This document shows, one piece after another, positions 45,421 to 52,217 of a stretch of 52,217 nucleotides of DNA. Within the stretch, counting starts at the first letter, position 1; each line of letters begins with the position of its first letter. The notes beneath the pieces are model-generated. The model was given only the letters and a program-made list of their open reading frames with translations. It was not told the origin of the DNA and did no database searches. The DNA is taken from the NCBI GenBank assembly GCA_902763555.1, contig CACWSI010000007.1, positions 1 through 52,217 of the forward strand. The letters run 5' to 3'. Origin of the DNA: an uncultured Erysipelotrichaceae bacterium. GTDB lineage: Bacteria > Bacillota_I > Bacilli_A > RFN20 > CAG-826. The position numbers and the translations under genes were made by a program.

Positions 45421-46839
45421 ATGGAAAAATTTTGGAATACAATTGTAGCGTTTTTCCAACAATCCGGTATTGTAGGCTTTTTCCATGGTTATTGGCTCAA
45501 TTTAATCATGATTGTCGTGGCGTGTGTACTCTTGTTCCTCGCCATCAAAAAGGACTTTGAACCATACCTCCTCTTACCAATTGCATTCGGTATGTTACTT
45601 GTTAACTTACCATATGTTGGTCAAGAAATATTCAACAAGGGCGCAACTGAATATAACTATATTTCGTTAGCCTCTAAAGTTGGTTTATCCTTGGACCAAG
45701 CCAAATACTTAATTTCTGAAATAAGACATGTTCCTGTTGCAGAAATTGTTGATGAAGTCGGAATTGGACTAAAAGTTACAACAAAAGAATTACACGATTT
45801 AGTGATGAATGAAGCATTCTTAAAAAATGCGCCTGCTACTTTAGGCTTTACTAAAGAGTTAGTTGCAGACATTGATCACTTATTCAACTACGACTATAGT
45901 GGTATCTTCGGATTCCTCTACTATGGTGTTAAATGGGGTATTTACCCATGCTTAATCTTCTTATGTATTGGTGCGACCACAGACTTTGGTCCATTAATCG
46001 CTAATAAGAAAACTATGTTATTAGGTGCCGCTGCTCAAATCGGTATCTTCATTACCTTTATCGGTGCGATTGCCATCGGTAAAAACGGCTTAGGCTGGAC
46101 AAACTTTACTGCTAAAGATGCCTCCGCTATCGGTATTATCGGTGGTGCGGATGGCCCAACCGCAATTTTAGTAACAACAAGATTGGCTCCAGAAAAATTA
46201 TCTTCTATCGCCATTGTTGCTTATTCATACATGGCTTTAGTGCCAGTTATTCAGCCTCCGATCATTAGACTCTTAACCACTAAGAAAGAAAGAGCTATCA
46301 GAATGGAAACTCCAAGAGAAGTTTCTAAGACTGAAAAGATTCTCTTCCCAATCGTGGTTACTGTTATTACATGTTTATTAGTGCCAAGTGCTGCGCCATT
46401 AATCGGTTGCTTAATGCTTGGTAACTTAATCAAAGAATCTGGTGTTGTACCAAAGATTAGAGATACATTGGCAAATAGCTTAATGTATATCGTTACCATC
46501 TTATTAGGTGTCTGCGTTGGTATGACCGCTGATGCGGCTACATTCTTAACCTTAGATACAATCCTCATCTTCGGCTTAGGTATTATCGCCTTCGCTGTTG
46601 CAACTGCGGCTGGTGTCTTAGGTGGCAAGTTAATGTGTGTCTTAACTAAAGGCAAAGTTAATCCAATGATTGGTGCTGCTGGTGTCTCTGCTGTTCCTAT
46701 GGCGGCGCGTGTTGTCCATAAGGAAGGTCTTAGAGAAGATTCAACAAACTTCTTATTAATGCACGCAATGGGTCCTAACGTTGCTGGTGTTATTGGCTCC
46801 GCTGTTGCAGCTGGTGTCTTACTCCTCTTATTTGCATAA
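45421..46839 (+). CDS. oadB: Na+-transporting decarboxylase beta subunit
   Basis: FEPYLLLPIAFG, TDFGPLIAN, LLGAAAQ, IGIIGGADGPT, YSYMALVP, AGVSAVPMAARV, HAMGPNVAGVIGSA. Confidence 0.95.
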   Translation: MEKFWNTIVAFFQQSGIVGFFHGYWLNLIMIVVACVLLFLAIKKDFEPYLLLPIAFGMLLVNLPYVGQEIFNKGATEYNYISLASKVGLSLDQAKYLISEIRHVPVAEIVDEVGIGLKVTTKELHDLVMNEAFLKNAPATLGFTKELVADIDHLFNYDYSGIFGFLYYGVKWGIYPCLIFLCIGATTDFGPLIANKKTMLLGAAAQIGIFITFIGAIAIGKNGLGWTNFTAKDASAIGIIGGADGPTAILVTTRLAPEKLSSIAIVAYSYMALVPVIQPPIIRLLTTKKERAIRMETPREVSKTEKILFPIVVTVITCLLVPSAAPLIGCLMLGNLIKESGVVPKIRDTLANSLMYIVTILLGVCVGMTADAATFLTLDTILIFGLGIIAFAVATAAGVLGGKLMCVLTKGKVNPMIGAAGVSAVPMAARVVHKEGLREDSTNFLLMHAMGPNVAGVIGSAVAAGVLLLLFA

Positions 46840-46860
46840 GAAGAAAAACCCAAAAAGCAA

Positions 46861-46888
46861 AGCTCTCGTGAGAAACGAGGGCTTTTTT
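46861..46888 (+). terminator. Terminator of the pckA-oad operon
   Basis: AGCTCTCG/CGAGGGCT stem plus U-tract. Confidence 0.82.
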
Positions 46889-46948
46889 CTTTACCAACCA
46901 TATAAAAAACATCACATATTTGCTAATATATTTTTAAAGGAGTTTATT

Positions 46949-47200
46949 ATGCTAGCAATAAACGTTTCTGCATTACAAGAATCTTTAGCTTCTTCAGTTG
47001 ATAAAGTAGTTGAATCTAATGAAATAATTAAGATTTGCACCAACAAAGGAAATGCAATTATTATTTCTGAAGAAGATTACAACGCTCTTTTAGAGACCCT
47101 CGCTCTTCAATCTGATCCAAGAGTTATAAAGAAAATAAAAGATGGAGAAAAAGAAAGCTTTTCTACAATGAATTCCTATTATTTAAATGAAAAATGGTAA
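46949..47200 (+). CDS. Orphan Phd/YefM family antitoxin (83 aa)
   Basis: Start at ATG 46949 after AAGGAG; IKICTNKGNAIIISEEDYNALLETL is typical of YefM. Confidence 0.82.
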   Translation: MLAINVSALQESLASSVDKVVESNEIIKICTNKGNAIIISEEDYNALLETLALQSDPRVIKKIKDGEKESFSTMNSYYLNEKW

Positions 47201-47217
47201 TCTCTCAATAAATATAG

Positions 47218-47245
47218 AGTCTTCGCTTAAAGCGGAGGCTTTTTT
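47218..47245 (+). terminator. Terminator directly after the orphan antitoxin
   Basis: AGTCTTCGC-TTAAA-GCGGAGGCT plus U-tract. Confidence 0.8.
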
Positions 47246-47261
47246 GTTTTACAATATCCCT

Positions 47262-47966
47262 ATGCAATATCATCAAATTCACTTCCAGGAGATAGATTCC
47301 ACAAATACATATCTAAAGAACACTTATAAGTTATTAAGTAACTTTACTTTTGTGTCCACTGATTATCAAAGTCATGGTAAAGGTAGAAACGATAGAACTT
47401 GGAGTAGTGAGCCTGGTGAAAATTTGATGTTCTCATTTTTAATTAAAGACGAGAACTTATTAAAACAATCACCAATTATTTCACTTTTAAGCGCAGTAGA
47501 GGTCGCGAAAGTGTTAGAGACATATAAAATCAAGCACGTGAGCATAAAATGGCCTAATGACGTCTTAATTAACGATAAGAAGGTGTGTGGCATTCTAGCG
47601 GAAGGTCAACTTCCTGATTATATGGTCGTTGGCATTGGTTTAAATGTTAACCAAAAGAAATTTCCTGAAGGATTAAGAAGGCCAGCGACATCGTTATGCT
47701 TAGAACATAAAAAAGATATTAATATTGAAGAACTTAAAGAAAAGTTGTTCCCACAGTTAGTGGATTCCCTAACTAATTTAGATTTAGATAAGTCGTTAGA
47801 GTACTTTAGAAAACATAACTATTTATTAAATAAAAGAGTTAAGGCGATTGTTAATAATCAAACATTTATTGGCGAAGTAGTGGGAATTGATGATTCATTC
47901 TGTTTACAAGTCGTCACTCATGGTATGCTTTTACACATTGATAGTGGGGAAATTGAAATCTTATGA
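47262..47966 (+). CDS. birA: Biotin--protein ligase, lacking the N-terminal HTH domain
   Basis: IDSTN, QSHGKGRNDRTW, IKWPNDVLI..KKVCGIL, VGIGLNVN; start placed at ATG 47262 because the longer ORF runs through a terminator. Confidence 0.92.
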   Translation: MQYHQIHFQEIDSTNTYLKNTYKLLSNFTFVSTDYQSHGKGRNDRTWSSEPGENLMFSFLIKDENLLKQSPIISLLSAVEVAKVLETYKIKHVSIKWPNDVLINDKKVCGILAEGQLPDYMVVGIGLNVNQKKFPEGLRRPATSLCLEHKKDINIEELKEKLFPQLVDSLTNLDLDKSLEYFRKHNYLLNKRVKAIVNNQTFIGEVVGIDDSFCLQVVTHGMLLHIDSGEIEIL

Positions 47967-48628
47967 AATTTCTAGGTAAAGACATTAAAGCGGTCATCTT
48001 CGATATGGATGGAACAATGATTAATTCCACTGGTCTTTGGCATGAAATTGATAAGAAATTCTTCACTAAAAGAGGCATGGAACTTCCTAAAGACTACGCG
48101 CAAAATATCGTTCATCTTGGTTTAAAAGAAGCCGCTAGATTCACTAAGAGAACATATGGTATTAAAGAAAGCGAACAAGAGATTATGGATGAATGGCATC
48201 AGATGTCCATTGATATGTATCAATATGATGTGGAATTAAAACCAGGTGTTAGAGAAGTATTGGATTTAATTAAATCAAAAGGTGTGATTATGTCCATCGC
48301 CACAGCGAATGATGATTCTTTATATATGCCATGTATCAATAGACTTGATTTAGGTAAATATTTTGACTTTATCGCTGATGTTAACAACGTTAAAGAAGGC
48401 AAACACAGTGTTCGTATTTATTCATATCTATGTGAAAAGATGGGCTCTCTCCCAGAAAACACTTTAGTGTTAGAGGATATGCCAACATGTATTAAGACAT
48501 GCCATGATAATGGTTTTGTGACAGTCGCGGTCTATGATAATGCCTCTAAAGATTTTGATAATCAAAAAAGGTCTAATTCAGACCTCTTTATCAATGATAT
48601 GAATGAGCTACTTCCTTTACTAAAGTAG
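47963..48628 (+). CDS. HAD family hydrolase (phosphatase, beta-PGM-like)
   Basis: IFDMDGTMINS motif I; EGKHS.RIY; LVLEDMP motif IV. Confidence 0.9.
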   Translation: MKFLGKDIKAVIFDMDGTMINSTGLWHEIDKKFFTKRGMELPKDYAQNIVHLGLKEAARFTKRTYGIKESEQEIMDEWHQMSIDMYQYDVELKPGVREVLDLIKSKGVIMSIATANDDSLYMPCINRLDLGKYFDFIADVNNVKEGKHSVRIYSYLCEKMGSLPENTLVLEDMPTCIKTCHDNGFVTVAVYDNASKDFDNQKRSNSDLFINDMNELLPLLK

Positions 48629-49618
48629 ATCAACGTTATGTTTCTTGAATTCTTTAATATCGTCTTCAGGCCAATAAGAGGATTGCACTTCTCCGATGTG
48701 GACCTTTTTTAATAAATACATACATAAACGAGATTGGCCAATACCACCGCCTATTGAAAGTGGTAGTTGTTCATTAATAACCATTTGATGGTACGCTAAA
48801 GCGAACTTACCCATTTCACCTTTGGCTTTAAGCTGTTTCACTAATGAATCTTTATTTACTCTAATACCCATACTACTTAATTCAAAAGCAATTTGAAGTG
48901 GTTCATACCAAAGCAAGATATCACCATTAAGTTTCCAATCATCATAGTCCGCTGCACGGCTATCATGTGGCTTACCGTCTTTTAAGTTAGCGCCAATTTG
49001 CATTAAGAAAACCGCACCATATTGTTTACAGATAGCGTTTTCTCTTTCTTTTCTATTAAGGTTTGGATATCTAGCTTCTAAATCTTTAGTGGTGATAAAT
49101 GTAATATCTTTTGGTAAATCGTTAGTGAGTTCTGGATATTGTTTCACCAAAACTTTATAAGTCTTATTAAAGGCTTTATAGATTTTCTTCACTGTTCTTT
49201 TAAGAGTGGAGACATTTCTTTCTTTAGGATCTAGTCTTCTTTCCCAGTCCCATTGGTCAACATATAAAGAATGGAGATTATCTAAATCTTCAAATCTTCT
49301 AATCGCGTTCATATCGGTATATAAGCCATCAATGTTATATTTCTTCAAAGCGTATCTTTTCCATTTCGCTAAGGATTGAACGATTTCTAGTTCGCGGTTA
49401 TTTTCATTCACTTCAAAAGAGACAGGTTTTTCATAACCACTTAAGTTATCGTTTAAGCCTGTGCCTGGTTCCACGAATAGTGGAGCGCTGACTCTCATTA
49501 AATCAAGCTCTTTTGCGAGCTCTTTTTCAAAAGTATCTTTAATTAATTTAATGGCCCTTTGTGTATCGACCAAATTTAAAACGCTGTGATAGTTTTTTGG
49601 ATAGATGTTGTTTTTCAT
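48620..49618 (-). CDS. asnA: Aspartate--ammonia ligase
   Basis: GLNDNLSG.EKPV.F, EIVQSLAKWKR, SLYVDQWDWE, HDSRAADYDDW.LNGD, IGGGIGQSRL. Confidence 0.97.
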   Translation of the reverse strand: MKNNIYPKNYHSVLNLVDTQRAIKLIKDTFEKELAKELDLMRVSAPLFVEPGTGLNDNLSGYEKPVSFEVNENNRELEIVQSLAKWKRYALKKYNIDGLYTDMNAIRRFEDLDNLHSLYVDQWDWERRLDPKERNVSTLKRTVKKIYKAFNKTYKVLVKQYPELTNDLPKDITFITTKDLEARYPNLNRKERENAICKQYGAVFLMQIGANLKDGKPHDSRAADYDDWKLNGDILLWYEPLQIAFELSSMGIRVNKDSLVKQLKAKGEMGKFALAYHQMVINEQLPLSIGGGIGQSRLCMYLLKKVHIGEVQSSYWPEDDIKEFKKHNVDLL

Positions 49619-49619
49619 G

Positions 49620-50132
49620 CTAGATAATTTCTTTCTTATTTTTGTTTCTATAGGTGGTGAATCTAATTTCTAAATCCCCATCCATCACTGGCGTACCTTC
49701 ATCAATACATTCAAAGTCTGGATTTTCATCCAAATTAACGAAGAATACTTCCGCGCCTCCATCAGCGTTGACTTTGGTTAAAAGAACTTGGTCAACATAT
49801 GGAAGAGTTTGTCTATATATAGAAGCACCACCGATAACGAATACCGTGTCGCTTATTTCTCTTTCTTTCATCGCTCTTAAGAAGTCTTCAAAACTATGAA
49901 CATTAATGACACCTTCATAGTTATGTGTTGGATCTTGAGATAAGACAATATTTGTTCTGCTCTTTAATGGTTTACTACCTGGGAAAGATAATAAAGTATT
50001 CTCACCCATACAAACAGTATGGCCTTGAGTTGTTTCTCTAAAGAACTTCATATCTAAAGGAAGAGAAAATAATAATCCATTTCTCTTACCAATACCGTAT
50101 CTTTTATCGCAGTTAAGAATAGAAATAATCAT
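49620..50132 (-). CDS. folA: Dihydrofolate reductase
   Basis: GIGKRNGLLFSLPLDMKFFRETT, MGENT..SFP..KPLKSRTNIVLS, VIGGASIY. Confidence 0.93.
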   Translation of the reverse strand: MIISILNCDKRYGIGKRNGLLFSLPLDMKFFRETTQGHTVCMGENTLLSFPGSKPLKSRTNIVLSQDPTHNYEGVINVHSFEDFLRAMKEREISDTVFVIGGASIYRQTLPYVDQVLLTKVNADGGAEVFFVNLDENPDFECIDEGTPVMDGDLEIRFTTYRNKNKKEII

Positions 50133-50133
50133 A

Positions 50134-50964
50134 TTAGATAGCCACCGGAATCTTTTTATCTAAAGGCTCATATTCGTAATCTTCTAATTCAAAATCTTCG
50201 AGTTTGAAATCGTAGAAGTTTTTAACATTTGGATTCATTTTTAATTTAGGCGCTTTGTGTTGTGGTTTAGCGATCACTTCTTTAACGATATCAATGTGTC
50301 TATCGTAGATATGAGCATCAGCGATAACGTGAACAAGTTCACCCGCTTTTAAGCTAGAGACTTGGGCAAACATCATCAATAAGATTGCGTATTGTAAAAC
50401 GTTCCAGTTATTCGCTGTTAACATATCGTTACTTCTTTGATTTAAGATACCGTTTAATGTATCGCCACTGACATTGAATGTCATGGAATAAGCACATGGA
50501 TAAAGACCCATTTCATGTAAATCATCAAAGTTATAGATATTGGTCATAATTCTTCTAGATTGAGGATTATGTTTTAAATCAAATAAAACTCTATCGACTT
50601 GGTCGAATTCACCTTCTGGATAGATGGATTTTTTTGCTAATTGGTAGCCATAGGCTTTACCGATAGAACCATTTTCATCGGCCCAAGAGTCCCAAATATG
50701 GGAGTGTAAGTCATGAATGTTATTGGATTTCTTTTGCCAAATCCAAAGAAGTTCATCTAAACAACTCTTAAAAGCGGTTCTTCTGATAGTTAAGATTGGT
50801 AATTCTTCTTGGAGGTTATAACGGTTCACAATGCAGAACTTTTTAACTGTATGAGCGGGAGTGCCATCTTCCCAGTGTGGTCTTACTTTTAAATCGGTGT
50901 CCCAGAAACCGTTTTCCATGATGTCTTTCATGTTGCTAATAAAAATTTGGTCAGCTTTTGACAT
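50134..50964 (-). CDS. thyA: Thymidylate synthase
   Basis: ELLWIW, SIGKAYGYQ, SRRIMTN, LYPCAY, QRSND, ADAHIYDRH. Confidence 0.97.
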   Translation of the reverse strand: MSKADQIFISNMKDIMENGFWDTDLKVRPHWEDGTPAHTVKKFCIVNRYNLQEELPILTIRRTAFKSCLDELLWIWQKKSNNIHDLHSHIWDSWADENGSIGKAYGYQLAKKSIYPEGEFDQVDRVLFDLKHNPQSRRIMTNIYNFDDLHEMGLYPCAYSMTFNVSGDTLNGILNQRSNDMLTANNWNVLQYAILLMMFAQVSSLKAGELVHVIADAHIYDRHIDIVKEVIAKPQHKAPKLKMNPNVKNFYDFKLEDFELEDYEYEPLDKKIPVAI

Positions 50965-50987
50965 ATGAATTACCTCGCAATGTAAAC

Positions 50988-51016
50988 ATTATAAGAGATA
51001 ATCTCTTATTCTTAAA
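50988..51016 (-). promoter_or_regulatory. Putative thyA promoter with a 19-bp palindrome in the spacer
   Basis: Minus strand TTTAAG-17 nt-TATAAT; ATAAGAGAT-A-ATCTCTTAT at 50991-51009. Confidence 0.55.
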
Positions 51017-51152
51017 GATAAAAGAATAAGAAAATCTAAACCATGTCAAAAAAGAGTGATACTACCTAGTTTTTAATAAAGTAAACACTTTTAATATTTT
51101 TTAAAAAAATAGAAAAAGAGTTTATAATATACGTGTATGCACGAACCATTTT

Positions 51153-52217
51153 ATGAAAATAAGAATATTCTTATTTAAAAACAAACACCCTGATTTAGAT
51201 ATTAAAATCATTTCTCGTCATGAACTGATTAATAAGGTTTCATATTCATTCGCTAAAGATCCAATTCCTTTCCTTATTAAAGAAGGTATTGGTTATAAAA
51301 AGGCCAAAAAATATTTAGACATCATTTTGACCGCGGATGTTAGTAAGAACAAAGAACTAACTGATTTATTTAATAAGCTAAATGATAATGGCTATCTTAT
51401 TAAAGATGAGTATGGCCTATATGAGTTAAAGGGCAGTCATATCTTCTTATTTGAAATGGAACAAGATGTCGCTATTCAAGAATTCTTAAAAAGAAACGCG
51501 TTAGCATATAGTTTTCTAAGATTAGAAGGTTTAGATCTTTATAAGAATAATGCTTATATCAGTCCTAATATTATTTACTTTGAAAATAAGATGACACAGT
51601 TCTTCTATATTTTCTCTTGGGCGAGAGATAAAGCTAGAGATAATCCAAATCAAAAACAAAGAATCATCATCAACAGTGATGAAGACATCTTCTATGTCAA
51701 AATCATGTCTGAATTATTCCATATCCCAGTTTGCTATGTAGAAGAAAGACCTTTAATCTCCATTAAAAGCGTCAGGGCTAAGATAAACAAAATCTACACT
51801 AATAAGTCTTTTGAATTTAATGATGAAGAATTAGAAGACCAAGATATTAAAGCCTTAAAAGACTTAATTGAATATTATGGATTAAATAAGAGTGATGATT
51901 TTTTATTTAGCTATGCTAATTTATTAGAAATCGTGGCCTCTAAGAACACACGTATCCCAGTCGGGGAAGGTGGTGTGGTTATTTCTAATAAGTTTGTCTT
52001 TGACCCATCATTCTTTACTTATGTCACTAATTTCAATTCCGATGCTTTTTATAAAATATACGCAGACGATAATGTCTTATCAGATGCTGAATTAAAAGAA
52101 GTGGGCTACAACACTTCCTACACTAAGACAGCGATTGAAAGAAGAAATAAAATCAACTTCTTAAGACATAATAATGTCGCAGTTATTTCCCGTGTGGAAA
52201 GACATCTTGGTGATAAG
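51153..52217 (+). CDS. Partial gene running off the window; resembles the N-terminal part of AddB/RexB-like PD-(D/E)xK nuclease-family proteins
   Basis: 355 uninterrupted codons translated by hand (MKIRIFLFKNKHPDLDIKIISRHEL...YVTNFNSDAFYKIYADDNVLSDAELKEVG...); absent from the ORF track because it has no stop; nuclease motifs are not within the window. Confidence 0.6.
   Translation, partial: MKIRIFLFKNKHPDLDIKIISRHELINKVSYSFAKDPIPFLIKEGIGYKKAKKYLDIILTADVSKNKELTDLFNKLNDNGYLIKDEYGLYELKGSHIFLFEMEQDVAIQEFLKRNALAYSFLRLEGLDLYKNNAYISPNIIYFENKMTQFFYIFSWARDKARDNPNQKQRIIINSDEDIFYVKIMSELFHIPVCYVEERPLISIKSVRAKINKIYTNKSFEFNDEELEDQDIKALKDLIEYYGLNKSDDFLFSYANLLEIVASKNTRIPVGEGGVVISNKFVFDPSFFTYVTNFNSDAFYKIYADDNVLSDAELKEVGYNTSYTKTAIERRNKINFLRHNNVAVISRVERHLGDK

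Noticed and set aside
46251-46948. 216-aa antisense ORF 46251-46901 and the N-terminal extension of ORF 46781-47200
   Set aside because: Antisense shadow of oadB; the extension overlaps oadB and crosses its terminator.
48620-48628. 9-nt tail-to-tail overlap of the HAD gene and asnA with no visible terminator
   Set aside because: Common in compact genomes; no further signal.
51123-51178. 13-codon ORF MHEPFYENKNILI (51137-51178) just after a TATAAT, overlapping the start of the AddB-like gene
   Set aside because: Could be a leaderless uORF, but such short ORFs are expected by chance and the true start of the long gene is uncertain.
1-52217. CRISPR arrays, tRNA or rRNA genes, and use of genetic code 4
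   Set aside because: No regularly spaced repeats or cloverleaf/rRNA signatures seen; genes end at TGA and long ORFs are intact in the standard code.

Overview
AT-rich bacterial chromosomal segment in the standard genetic code (TGA is used as a stop, TGG for Trp). Gene content suggests a fermentative gut- or rumen-type Firmicute, probably Bacilli; this is inference. In order: a large repeat-rich lipoprotein; a nucleotide-salvage hub (purine-riboswitch-controlled BMP/nucleoside ABC operon, apt, and a divergent uracil permease-upp-prs operon behind a leader-peptide/terminator attenuator); a membrane protein ending in an EF-Tu domain III-like module; an FAD oxidoreductase/CofE-like/DUF1846 operon; three domain-permuted surface GH3 glycosidases (the first broken by an apparent deletion and frameshift) plus a carbohydrate-binding-like lipoprotein; a convergent Na/Pi cotransporter-CPBP protease-divergent Lgt operon; a Phd/ParE-RelE toxin-antitoxin pair; gpmA; a secreted beta-pore-former-like protein with an ABC module; an isochorismatase-family hydrolase; paralogous small membrane proteins around a lone PstS-like protein; pckA with a Na+-pumping oxaloacetate decarboxylase operon, an orphan antitoxin, birA and a HAD hydrolase; thyA-folA-asnA; and a partial AddB-like gene. 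I saw no rRNA, tRNA, CRISPR array or transposase. The best candidates for undescribed biology are (1) a Cys-containing C-terminal sorting signal (KK[A]GCFG-TM-basic tail) on two GH3 enzymes next to a CPBP protease and a non-canonical Lgt, and (2) a pyrBI-like leader-peptide attenuator in a Firmicute. All family calls come from motif recognition; no searches were run.
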